64,000 nucleotides of DNA from a virus (lineage: Duplodnaviria; Caudoviricetes), in IMG/VR virus record IMGVR_UViG_2890524856_000001, positions 18,580 to 82,579 of that record; one strand, written 5' to 3'. The notes below the pieces were generated by a model. That model was given only the letters and a program-made list of their open reading frames with translations. It made no database searches and was not told the DNA's origin. How positions within the stretch are numbered: position 1 is the first letter of the stretch; each line of letters begins with the position of its first letter. Positions 20,101 through 29,000 of this stretch are shown here, in pieces. A program made the position numbers and the translations under genes.

Positions 20101-20803
20101 CCACTTCATCTGCATCGGAGATAATGTCCATCACTTCGATAGGATCAAACATTAGGCCGGCCTGGTCGTGGCGACGGATATCATACAGAACTGAATCAAG
20201 AGAAGCGTTGAGGGGGAAACCGCCGTGTTCATCGCCGTCAACCCACTCCGGAATAGACATATCCTCATATCCATTTACTGGCAGTGAACTGCTAACCAAT
20301 GGGCGCGTCATATCCCCATTTTTAGCCCACCACTTTACCTGGGAGACTGAGGCTTCAATCATATTTCCAAATCCAGCCCATCCGCGATCGTACGACCCCT
20401 GATAGGCCGCTTTTGCTTCCTCCGCGTCAGGAAATGCGAGCATTACCTTATGCTCATCAAACTCCTTTGTATTCGGATTAATCTGGTTGATGACAAACGC
20501 TCTTGTAGATTCAGGCATGTATCCGATAAATACATCAATACCGTCACCATCTGCGCCTGTGGTGCCCTCAATGTAGCCGTAGTGGGCTGCCATTCGGTTT
20601 GACCACTGCACACCGGTCGCTTGATTGACGCCGCTACGTACGGATCCGCGTGGATTCTCAATGGCGATTCTCATGCCGTGCAGTGAGATGCGCCCCATTT
20701 TGTAGTTTCCGGCCACCTTCTGTCCATCTGTAGGCTCCGGCAAATTGTTATTACCCATCGCGCCACTGTGCGCACCCGCTTCAATTTCTGAAAATTTATC
20801 CAT
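17183..20803 (-). CDS. darA: DarA-like polyvalent head protein (InPase-like, DarA_N, LPD3-like, DarA_C modules)
   Basis: N-term AGNYKMG...IENPRGS...HYGYI..GADGD.IDVFIG...FDEHKVML; DarA_N LSDGQTIS.FFH...WLLNKKDITIVVAPE...AEKNS..FQRA; C-term FMQSVIDG...AINAY. Confidence 0.85.
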   Translation of the reverse strand: MDKFSEIEAGAHSGAMGNNNLPEPTDGQKVAGNYKMGRISLHGMRIAIENPRGSVRSGVNQATGVQWSNRMAAHYGYIEGTTGADGDGIDVFIGYMPESTRAFVINQINPNTKEFDEHKVMLAFPDAEEAKAAYQGSYDRGWAGFGNMIEASVSQVKWWAKNGDMTRPLVSSSLPVNGYEDMSIPEWVDGDEHGGFPLNASLDSVLYDIRRHDQAGLMFDPIEVMDIISDADEVVALDALVIPFSQMERKLSQIKAVMERSGNDVKPIAMQITDPFKQHGVTNVAAVFELSDGQTISAFFHNPDNTPNKLAPADEMISWKWLLNKKDITIVVAPENGNELNPREVARRIMRLAEKNSSSFQRANIKRTERMGRIASLKESVSSKEVELSELQKILAKKKEELEKLTAGKSPAEPADPIDLVRKATSLGKQAFADGKRRAPALNSELMDLLSGLKVGESGGILQAYIRAWDAANFAHHIPEALLAENAQAEALPSDSQKEVIKAENEPVTVAEPPSEVSPNPEVSTDSLEAAKVIMQTADFKSALAAMKSSANFINTIDNGGNKGYNRSLFVSSISNKMKVKAKNSPLTAALLLAALFEMQGDFKKPAVTMANGIWKLVPDWEQYCVLFKKQDAKPIASADEGQVQTPSRSAVIVVGSELGSFPDTPEGIRELRSAAKSYLMGLRGEWVDCASIGRKVEIRTRGIKEMMSFSADARKLKILSSIKSIIATAFDPKTEENFKKDKKPHVISYLKLKNIVELAGESISVDVVIEEDDKGLLHYDMLLDAGVVDTKTALDSSSAASVSGVSTNHNSAITDTFNINPGETEVNAVFDSVSGMVLNLFIVGEKPEIIEVDPAARIQLAIDDPIDNQAWLLTPDEIKALSVDDYEAMQSKLTAENWHSEALIVKAARIGTLEQWTEANSIEFERDLKGSLTADLSVRRDALEAALQANGGGELNDQGSSPLDVFEGSGGEAWQVTCAKWKELMRGHFAFIGQTCDRTDEDRFAEFHRGAVKSALDSGKAVSDDVLADYPGMKAETQQEKDARYAEAETRLENFISHAAGEDVDVKANAATEPNSIIDPQTNTDPDPVLSAPGGEMSNPLEEAAVISHDSEPGADFDTPESILNSADIEEPAQLPIQNQYADDEAFMQSVIDGKADIWEADLAGKLEAILGRVSSDVAMQALWMKAINAYSSQALALAQKTMNG

Positions 20804-20827
20804 AGCGACCCCGATTATTGAGGCTCT

Positions 20828-20868
20828 AGTTTATGGACGAGCGGCAGCAGAGATTTCGCAGATTTTCC
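20828..20868 (-). promoter_or_regulatory. Putative late promoter copy 3 (darA-darB-ulx operon)
   Basis: GGAAAA-N29-TAAACT on the minus strand. Confidence 0.7.
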
Positions 20869-20885
20869 TAATGATGCCGACGGAT

Positions 20886-21836
20886 TCAAACCGGCGAAAA
20901 TAACTGCTTCAGGTGCTCTACAAATTTCCTGGCATCCTTATTCAACCTTGCATCGATCCTATCGCACACGTAGAAGTCCTCAATAGCCCAATCACCCTCA
21001 ATTGGAACGGCGCGCACCGGATAGATCGTAGAGAATCGCTTTGCCGTCGAAGCGCTCATTACCGCAATACCCATAGACGTTCTTGATACGAGAGACGCTT
21101 GGATTTCAGTTTTATGGGTAACAACTGAATATTTAGCCTTTATTTTCATCCTTAACAGTTCCGCATCAATCAATTTTGACGCGCCATGCTCACCCTGAAC
21201 GCCAATCATCGGGTGCGCAACTATTTTATGCAGTGGGACAGTTTTTTCATGCGCGAGTGGATGCGAGTATTGAGCAAGCACATGCAATCTTGCGCTTCTA
21301 TATTTTTGTAGGCTTATGCCGGGGATATCTATCTTTTCAGATACGAGTGCGAGATCACACAAGTTATCAAGCACTGCCTTGGCTGCGCCATAATTTGTCT
21401 CTGTGTCGATGAAATCAATGCCGAAACTTGGCGCATCAATCTTCATCCTTTCAGAAATATTAGGGACATCATCCATCAATAAAGATGGCATGCCGCCAAC
21501 CCTCAAGTACTTTGACTTGTTTTTTATTTCTTCAATATCCTGATCGGCCAGTTCCGCGATCGGCATGATGCTCAGCGCCGCCTCGAGCAAACGTTCGCCG
21601 GCGTCAGTAAGTTTTTTGCCGCCAGACTTCCTATATATCGGCTGCCCTAACATAAATTCCAGATTTTTTAGCCTATGACTAATCGCTGAATTTGTAACAT
21701 TTAGTTTATCAGCAACATCCGTCAAATTTCGTTCGGTAGATAAGGCAATAATTAACTCTAAATCTGTAAATGTAAATCGCGGCACCAATGAAAATGCTAT
21801 TTTAAAGCTTGAAATAATTGTGCATTTTGTGAGCAA
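20886..21836 (-). CDS. LysR-family transcriptional regulator
   Basis: N-terminal HTH TDLELIIAL..ERNLTDVADKLNVTNSAISHRLKNLE...LTDAGERL, LRVG, about 300 aa; true start probably TTG/GTG at 21788/21785. Confidence 0.85.
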   Translation of the reverse strand: MLTKCTIISSFKIAFSLVPRFTFTDLELIIALSTERNLTDVADKLNVTNSAISHRLKNLEFMLGQPIYRKSGGKKLTDAGERLLEAALSIMPIAELADQDIEEIKNKSKYLRVGGMPSLLMDDVPNISERMKIDAPSFGIDFIDTETNYGAAKAVLDNLCDLALVSEKIDIPGISLQKYRSARLHVLAQYSHPLAHEKTVPLHKIVAHPMIGVQGEHGASKLIDAELLRMKIKAKYSVVTHKTEIQASLVSRTSMGIAVMSASTAKRFSTIYPVRAVPIEGDWAIEDFYVCDRIDARLNKDARKFVEHLKQLFSPV

Positions 21837-22037
21837 TTGAAATATCTAAACACCAATTTTTCAAACTTTGCTCAAATCAATTTGAGTAAGTTTCAACTTC
21901 CTTGTCAAGATTTTCATTTAAATTGTCGGAATAGATACATTTTGCAACAACTTAATTTCCAAAGAAGCAATGTGCCTATGAAAACCGTCAATGAGACATA
22001 GCAATACCACTTAAACAACTTTCAGTGAAAACTCAAA

Positions 22038-22307
22038 ATGAATCAATTATCTGCAAATCAAAAAGTTCTTGGCATGCATGCTGCAAAATCCCTTATCGCG
22101 GCATTAAAATCAAAAACCGACTCACAGTTGGATTTCAACGAATGTCAATCTGCGGTGGCTAGCTATATTGGGTTTGCAAAAGAACAGCCGCTAGAATTCA
22201 TGGACGGGTTCGTCATCTCGCTGACTGATTTTATTACTGCCTCATTTGATGGTGCCGTCGACGTCAAAAGTTGGAACCCAGCCATTCGCCTTATGAATGT
22301 CGGATAA
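22038..22307 (+). CDS. Hypothetical protein divergent from LysR
   Basis: 89 aa ORF followed by a terminator. Confidence 0.6.
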   Translation: MNQLSANQKVLGMHAAKSLIAALKSKTDSQLDFNECQSAVASYIGFAKEQPLEFMDGFVISLTDFITASFDGAVDVKSWNPAIRLMNVG

Positions 22308-22321
22308 AGTACCAGTTAATA

Positions 22322-22363
22322 AAAAAGCATCCCAATCTAAAATTACATCCAGGGATGCTTTTT
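22322..22363. terminator. Terminator
   Basis: 12-bp inverted repeat AAAAAGCATCCC/GGGATGCTTTTT. Confidence 0.75.
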
Positions 22364-22439
22364 GATTGAATATAATCATTGCTACTTTTTATTATAAAAA
22401 TCAGAATAATCAGCAATCAATCAACTGAGTGAGGAAAGA

Positions 22440-22736
22440 ATGCAATCAACCACGAATTTCGATGAATGGCTCGATGCAGCAGACCCATGCGATGCCGCAA
22501 ATGTCGCCGGCCTAGTAGAAGCCGTTGAATCAGAAAGCGAGTTTTCCGGGTTTAAGGCAGTTCGCGCAAAGAATGGCTATTTAATAGTCACCGCAGATGG
22601 CATTGATCTTAAACTTGTATTGGTAAGCAAAGGAGCAGAGGATGGCTTCGTTCAGCGCATACATGGAAGGTATGTTCCAGATAGGATGTCAGCTAGCGTT
22701 TATGCAGCAATTGAACATCAAAACGACAAAGACTAA
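22440..22736 (+). CDS. Hypothetical acidic protein (moron gene 1)
   Basis: 98 aa, SD GAGGA, promoter-like sequence at 22379-22410. Confidence 0.75.
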   Translation: MQSTTNFDEWLDAADPCDAANVAGLVEAVESESEFSGFKAVRAKNGYLIVTADGIDLKLVLVSKGAEDGFVQRIHGRYVPDRMSASVYAAIEHQNDKD

Positions 22737-22754
22737 CAAAGCGATCAAATAGCC

Positions 22755-23120
22755 ATGAGCAACCAACCAACTACCAAGAGCCCTACCGATGAGCATGAAT
22801 GCTCTGTAATGCGCCTCCATCAGATCATTTTGAAGCAATACCCTGAGCACTTCATGGTGTTTGTCGATATGTTTTCCCTTGGGTGCCTTCTGCACATAAA
22901 AGGCGATACAGATGCCGGGTTGAAAGTTATCAACCAAGTTTTAGGAGCAGTTCCTGAGCGTGGGAACAAACTGTACTTTGAATCGATACGCAAAAATCTG
23001 CCTGGCAACGAGATCCGCTTCAATCTTGAAATTCAACCTCACTACGAGATAAAGGAGCTTTTCAAAGAATACCTTTCTGCCGCACGCCCAAATACCACTG
23101 GGGCGACAGAGAAGGCGTAG
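22755..23120 (+). CDS. Hypothetical protein (moron gene 2)
   Basis: 121 aa, 18 nt after gene 1; stop abuts the stop of the convergent late gene. Confidence 0.7.
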   Translation: MSNQPTTKSPTDEHECSVMRLHQIILKQYPEHFMVFVDMFSLGCLLHIKGDTDAGLKVINQVLGAVPERGNKLYFESIRKNLPGNEIRFNLEIQPHYEIKELFKEYLSAARPNTTGATEKA

Positions 23121-23627
23121 TCACGGAAGGTTCTTAAATCCGTTCACGTACAGAAGTTCATCCCGTTTTTCGAGTACATACTTTCTTGTATAGGGGGCGA
23201 TATTTATATCGCCAATAATATCGACAATTTCGAAGCCAATTGCCACAGATTCGCTGATATTTATAAAAATAACATCATGCTTATCGGCAATAAAATATTC
23301 TTTCGTATCAGGATCTGCCAGGGACTCAATCAAGGCAATCATCTGAGTATACTTAACGTCTAGTGTCGTTTCCCTGTCATTGAAGCTTGAAGGCTCAAAT
23401 GTGCCGACTTGAAGCATTTTGCAGTCGCCAAGCAAATGCCAATCAACATCATCCTCATCCTCTGAATCTAGGACTCCCAATCCACCCATAGTTGGAACAC
23501 CCCCCATTTGCCCATCAGAACCTCTGGACAGCACCTTTCGATACGCATCACAATCAAATGCATTTGGGTGTTTAAGGGTGACTGATCTTGCCCCCTTAGC
23601 AATTTGTTTTGGAATTGAATTCAACAT
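23121..23627 (-). CDS. Conserved hypothetical virion protein of P1-like phages
   Basis: 168 aa, last gene of the tail operon, 3 nt after the gp25-like gene. Confidence 0.7.
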   Translation of the reverse strand: MLNSIPKQIAKGARSVTLKHPNAFDCDAYRKVLSRGSDGQMGGVPTMGGLGVLDSEDEDDVDWHLLGDCKMLQVGTFEPSSFNDRETTLDVKYTQMIALIESLADPDTKEYFIADKHDVIFINISESVAIGFEIVDIIGDINIAPYTRKYVLEKRDELLYVNGFKNLP

Positions 23628-23630
23628 CTT

Positions 23631-24647
23631 TTATCTATTGGCCTTCACCAAAACGTTAAAGTCGGCTTGAGATATCAATCCAGACTGCAGTAATTTTCTC
23701 AGATTGCGTTGAGCATCAAACAAAGCCTGCTCGCTATCTACCGGCCGCTTTGATGCCCCCTTATTATTTTTTTTCGCTGCAAGTTTAGTAAGTGCCTTTG
23801 ACGGCTTTTTAATGTCACTTGCTGAAATCTCCCGCTTCCTTGCCTTTTGCATCTTGGCAATTTCTGCGGCCTTCTTCTGGGTAATTACACCATTATTTTT
23901 AGCTGCTCCCCGCTGACCGCGGTCGATCATCTCTGCAATAACATTGCGGATGTTCATATTTTTTGAAAGCTCATGCATTACACGCAGCACATGCTTACAC
24001 GCGACACCGGCCAAATTGGGATTCTTCAGCTTTGGGTACCCGTTTTCAGGCCGGCCAGCATTAAACCCACCGATCGTCGTGATGTAGCGGTACCAAAACG
24101 TGTGACGGCCGCAATCGCAGTCGTATTTTAATGGACTTTCTTTCACCAACCATTGCGCCAGCTTTTTAGGATCAGTTGGAGATGCGACGGCAGCCTCGTA
24201 ATTTACCAACTCGACCGATACGTGGTGCCTGGTAACGTTTGAGTCTTTGCTCGCATTTGTTATAAATCGAACTGTCCCTTTATTCGTTCCCGCTGGAACC
24301 GCCATGTGAATCTGCTCATTTGCACGCTCTCGATCTTCCTTACGCGACAGATTTATTATTTGCTGAGCTGTCAGTCCCTTTTTTAAGCGCCCACCAACTG
24401 ACTTGACGTGCTTCCTGAACGTTGCCAAATCCTCATGAGTAATTGGCCTGATTTCACCGTTAAGGGTGGTCATCAGCAATCGTCCGGCATCGTAATCCCC
24501 TTTTACCTCATGGGGATTAATAATGTTTGATGCATTAGAACGTCTCTGCGCATCCATCTTGCGCAGCTGCTCGGCCTCTGCCGCGCTGCCGCGGATTCGC
24601 GAAATTGCCAGTAATTGCTCGGGGGTGACTCTGGATACTCTAGGCAT
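23631..24647 (-). CDS. P1 gp25-like tail protein with SWIM-type Zn finger
   Basis: CDCGRHTFWYRY...YPKLKNPNLAGVACKHVLRVM. Confidence 0.75.
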   Translation of the reverse strand: MPRVSRVTPEQLLAISRIRGSAAEAEQLRKMDAQRRSNASNIINPHEVKGDYDAGRLLMTTLNGEIRPITHEDLATFRKHVKSVGGRLKKGLTAQQIINLSRKEDRERANEQIHMAVPAGTNKGTVRFITNASKDSNVTRHHVSVELVNYEAAVASPTDPKKLAQWLVKESPLKYDCDCGRHTFWYRYITTIGGFNAGRPENGYPKLKNPNLAGVACKHVLRVMHELSKNMNIRNVIAEMIDRGQRGAAKNNGVITQKKAAEIAKMQKARKREISASDIKKPSKALTKLAAKKNNKGASKRPVDSEQALFDAQRNLRKLLQSGLISQADFNVLVKANR

Positions 24648-24955
24648 TATCTAGCACTCGCATCATTTTCATACCCGGCATCAATTTTCATTTTCATCAA
24701 CTGGGATTCTGTTGGCAATACCAGCAACTGCTCCGGCAAAGCCTGCTCCACAGAATCGAGCCCGGCAGCCGCCATAATTACGATGAATTCATCGACCCGC
24801 CCATATACGCGCCGCGATACAAGGGTAAGATCAAAGCGCTCATCTGGCTTTGTAAAGTACCGGATTGCTGTTCCCCACACGGGGGTTTGAATTGAAAAAT
24901 TCCGTACTATTCGAAAAAACTTCGATACTGACGCAGTATTTCTCTCAATAGACAT
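24647..24955 (-). CDS. P1 gp26-like baseplate protein (LysM-like)
   Basis: PDERFDLTLVSRRVYG...IMAAAGLD...LPEQLLVLP; start taken at ATG 24955. Confidence 0.7.
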   Translation of the reverse strand: MSIERNTASVSKFFRIVRNFSIQTPVWGTAIRYFTKPDERFDLTLVSRRVYGRVDEFIVIMAAAGLDSVEQALPEQLLVLPTESQLMKMKIDAGYENDASAR

Positions 24956-24963
24956 CAGATTTT

Positions 24964-25257
24964 TTAAAGCAAAGTAGTTTGATATGGAATAGTCGCGATG
25001 AATCCGATTACGCCACCGGTAGCAGTTGCAAAAAAATCCCAAAAATCGCACGTATGCTTATCAGGATTGAATGCGTCATAGAGCTCTTTTAATGAGCCAA
25101 CAAGGCACACCCCCAACAAAGAGTAAATGCCGCACCATGGCGACGGCACCGCGAATGAAAAAATTAAATTTGATAGCGCAAAAAGAATGGCGCCTATCAG
25201 GGCATGGCCTTGCTTGTCGGCTGGAATTGCGCCGATGATTGCGAGCAGTTTTTCCAT
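24964..25257 (-). CDS. Small multi-TM membrane protein (VanZ-like motif)
   Basis: DKQGH..G, KELYD, DFWDFFAT..GG motifs between hydrophobic helices. Confidence 0.7.
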   Translation of the reverse strand: MEKLLAIIGAIPADKQGHALIGAILFALSNLIFSFAVPSPWCGIYSLLGVCLVGSLKELYDAFNPDKHTCDFWDFFATATGGVIGFIATIPYQTTLL

Positions 25258-25258
25258 T

Positions 25259-25520
25259 TTAACGATGAACTCCATTACGCATCAGTTTCATTACTTCAAT
25301 GAACGCCTTGTGTGCTTCGCCGGCATCTTCAATCAAAGTTCCCTTGTAAGTCATACCTTTTTCATCGATCTTCAAAATTGGAGAATCGTGTCCAGAAGGA
25401 CAAAACACAAAAGTGGCTGGAATTTGCGGTGCCACACCGATACTTCCTTTGAGCACGTGATGCGCGCTGACCGCAACTCCAGCGCTACTTTCAGCTACTT
25501 TCAGCTACTTGGCTGTCCAT
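25259..25520 (-). pseudogene. Small gene frameshifted by a 10-bp tandem duplication
   Basis: ATG 25520 lies 4 nt after the upstream stop and reads MDSQVAESS-stop; deleting one AGCTACTTTC unit (25484-25510) restores frame with the 65-aa ORF 25259-25456. Confidence 0.6.
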
Positions 25521-25524
25521 ATTT

Positions 25525-25845
25525 TTACCCTTCGACCATATTCAGTTGTGGGGGAGCCAGCAATCCAGCTGTAATTTGAAGGATGCGCTGATTACCTTCA
25601 TTTGCCGCAACCATTTCATTGCGAAACGATTCAATCGCGGCTGAGGTACCGCGCTGCTGCTGTGAGTTTTCAATTAAAAGCAGCGGCAGCCATGTGATAG
25701 CGCAACCATGCTCATCAACATTTTCACCGGTACTAGGGTTTTTTCCCGCCAACTTAGTCAACCAGGTGCATTGATGAATCGCGCCATCTCGAATTTCTTG
25801 GCACTTACTGCCAAGCGGGCATGTTAAGACTGTTTTCAGTTCCAT
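25525..25845 (-). CDS. Cys-rich tail-fibre-associated protein
   Basis: CPL..KC...C.W...G.NP.TGENVDEHGCAITWLPLLLIENSQQQRGTSAAIESFRNEMV family pattern; start at ATG 25845. Confidence 0.75.
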   Translation of the reverse strand: MELKTVLTCPLGSKCQEIRDGAIHQCTWLTKLAGKNPSTGENVDEHGCAITWLPLLLIENSQQQRGTSAAIESFRNEMVAANEGNQRILQITAGLLAPPQLNMVEG

Positions 25846-25847
25846 TT

Positions 25848-26072
25848 TCAATACCTGTCCGGTAGGTGAGATAAGGACAGTCTGCGCACAATCCATTTCA
25901 CACCATCCCAGGCAGCCTCCTCATCCACAGCCAAATTGCTTGGCGGCGGTACTAGAGTCGTTCTAGGTGGCAGATGTATGCGCACTTGATCCTTATTATT
26001 TTCGAAATCATATGTGCCGATAAAGGACATATCATCTCCCCACTGAAATCCAGTAATAATGTCTTTTTCCAT
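25848..26072 (-). CDS. Tail fibre assembly/chaperone-like protein
   Basis: Directly after the fibre; SFIGTY...LPPRTTLVPPP...AWDGVKW pattern. Confidence 0.65.
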   Translation of the reverse strand: MEKDIITGFQWGDDMSFIGTYDFENNKDQVRIHLPPRTTLVPPPSNLAVDEEAAWDGVKWIVRRLSLSHLPDRY

Positions 26073-26076
26073 TTTC

Positions 26077-29000
26077 TTAAACCTTCACGCAAATAATCAT
26101 GTCGATGTAGCGAGGTTCCCAGTTCGTCTGTGACGATCCGTTGTCAGTGCCACCGGTATGGGAGTGACTAGCGGAGATGCCGTTCATCGTCATTCCTGTC
26201 GCTGTCGCAGCTGTCGTGCCACCTCCGTTGTAAGTCGCATTCCCACCACCAACGCCGTTGATATCGCCGGAATAGTTCGGCATTTGCGTCACAAATGAAC
26301 CACCTCTGGCGGGGGCATGGGCATGTCCAGGGTCATTCAGCCAATGGTTATGGTCGGAGGATTGCCACCCAGTTGTAAAGCCGTGCGTATGCGCTGGAAC
26401 AACATTATTTATTACCGGGTTATGAACGCCCCCAACGTTGCCACCTACCCAGTTGACAACGCGAAGAAGTCGGTTATCTGATTTATCTGAAACATCCTGC
26501 ACCCAACCGGTAGGTGCAGATGATTGCGCGAACGGCATTCGCGTCCCGGATGGGAAAATCCCCATGTCGTTGGTCAACTGGCTGAGTTTGTTCAGGTTGC
26601 CATCGTGCCATAGCTTGCGCCATGCGCCCCAGCTGCTACCGTTATTTGCCTGGCGAACTGACAGCCCATCACCGAACGAAACCTGCACCGGTGTTCCACC
26701 GCCCGCGCTGCCAGATGACTCATAGCCAACAACAGTTAATATGTAGCTATAGTTGTTGTTTGCACTGATAGGTGGGTTGTCAACTTTGTTAGATTCTTTG
26801 AATTCAATAGTTGCTGCGAAGTTTTGATAATTGTTTGGTGTCGCAGCATTTGCCCGCACATCCGGAATCAACCACGTCCCTCGATAGCCGCCACTGGCTG
26901 ACAGACTGCCAGCGACTTGCATTTTGTCGACACCGTTATCATTGCCCCCCAGTAGCAGACGGCCAGAAGGCGTAAGCGTCATCCATGCTTGTCCGGCAGT
27001 TCCCCAGCGCATTCCAATGCCATTTTCTTGCATGAACTGCGCGTAACTACCTTTCATGTACTGTATATAACCATTACGCGTCCCGTCGTCATTGACAAAT
27101 GCGACAAACGCATTGTCATTTCTAAGCCGAAGCGCTTCTGTAGCGCTAGACGAGACGGTACCATCAAAGCTTGCCGCGCCCGTATTGCTAATTGACGCTA
27201 CGTTTTTTCCGCCATTGCCAACGTTACGGAAAATCCAACCACGACCCGGATCACTCGTCATCGTGAAATAGGTAGCCCAGTCGTTGTTGACTGCCCCATA
27301 CGTACCGAACGATCCAGTTTGAGCGAACATAATCCCGTATGACGGCTGAGAGTATGATCCAGTTGTGGCTACTGATGGATATAGATAAACACCCGCCCCT
27401 ACACCATCTGTTTGATTAAGCCATAAGCTGCGCATATTAGCAGTACCGCTGCTATCCAGCTGGAGTACAGATAATGGCAAACCCGTAGTCGTGAGAGTTA
27501 AGTTGCCATCGTGCCAGATTGTGCGCCACGGGTTCCACGCACCGACATCACCATTTTGTGTACGGAACTTTAAAACCCCAGCTGGGTCACCATACGCAGA
27601 AACCATTTGGCACTGGTAATTGCTCGCTCCATTATTGCCAAGTGCGCCCAGCTGGCCGAAGTTAAAGAACGCTCCTGTTACGCCTGAACCCGCCGTGTTG
27701 TAGTCAAAGCCGTGTTCTGAAAACGCACTGTTGATGCTGGTTCCATCATCGGAGTGGTATCGCGTCCGCTTTGAAACAATCGGCACTTGGATGTCGGTGG
27801 TTACCTTCACCCATGGTTTCCAGGTATCCTGCTGTCGGCGGAAGTACATGGAGTCATCATTCCAAGGGAACGCGACTTGCGTATAACGAGTTCCGTAGCC
27901 AATCTCAATTGTTCGGTAATTACCCGAAGCGAAGGGTGGTTTAGTGCCAGTGATGGCACCATCATAGTGATACAGACCTGACGGCTTTGTCACATCGAGA
28001 TTCAATGCTTGGGTAGCACTGGTCAGGTTTGTTCCGGCCACATAGCCTGCCGCATGAAAGTTTGCTCCGCCGTATGTCCTAATCGTCCCCGGCTCAATCG
28101 CATAAATGCCTACGTTGTACGACTCGCTGAACCAGCCTGCGTTACCTGTGGATCTAAACCAGCCGTCTGTACCATTTGTACGCGCCAACCCTCCAAGCGC
28201 TGTCGCAGCATCAGCTACCGCTACTCTCACACCAGCGTGGAAAATAGTATCGTTAAACCCTTTCAAGTACCAATTTGTACCATCCCACCAACTCTGTACA
28301 TTGAAGGCATCCGGAGCCGTATCGCTACGTTGCAAGCCTCGCGCCCTAGCCGCGCTGCCTGAAGCGGTAATGTAGCCAGAGTCATTCGCCAGCTGGCTAT
28401 TATTTTTCAGGTTCTCGTTCGTCCAGACAGTTTTCCATGGTGTCCAGCTTGCGCTGTCCGTCTTGTTGCGGAATTGCATTCCTCCGCCGTGAGTGAAAAC
28501 CTGCTGAACAATCCCTGTGCTACCCCCACTGACAAATACTGTCATGCCAGTTGAATATCCGTGCATATCGACTACATATTCGCCCGGCGCTATAGCGCTA
28601 TCTATGCTGGAAATATCAATAAAAGTAGCTGCTGTCGTTCGGTACCCGACATCATTTAGTAGCTGGCTAACATTTCGCAGATTTCCTGAGTGCCACAGCT
28701 CGTACCAACTGTTCCAAACCGTGTCGATACCCTTGCGGATCTTCATCTGAGGTAGGCCAAATCCATCATGGCCGGTTCCGCCAAAGGCTAACTGATAAGA
28801 AGCCCCACCGCCACCTATAGATGCCCCCTGGAATGGTGAGACAGTCATTACTCCAGCGTAGTATCCACCCATGCTGGCGGAAGTTGCTGTGACGAAATCC
28901 CAGCGTGTGCTGTATGCCTGGCCGTTTGGCAAAATCGCGTTTGCATCACGTGCGCCGTCTGTGACAGTTGCGTACCTTGCTGAAGTTGCTGTACCCGCAT

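Noticed and set aside
11299-20661. Numerous ORFs overlapping darB and darA
   Set aside because: Shadow ORFs, most abundant in the GC-rich segment where stops are rare
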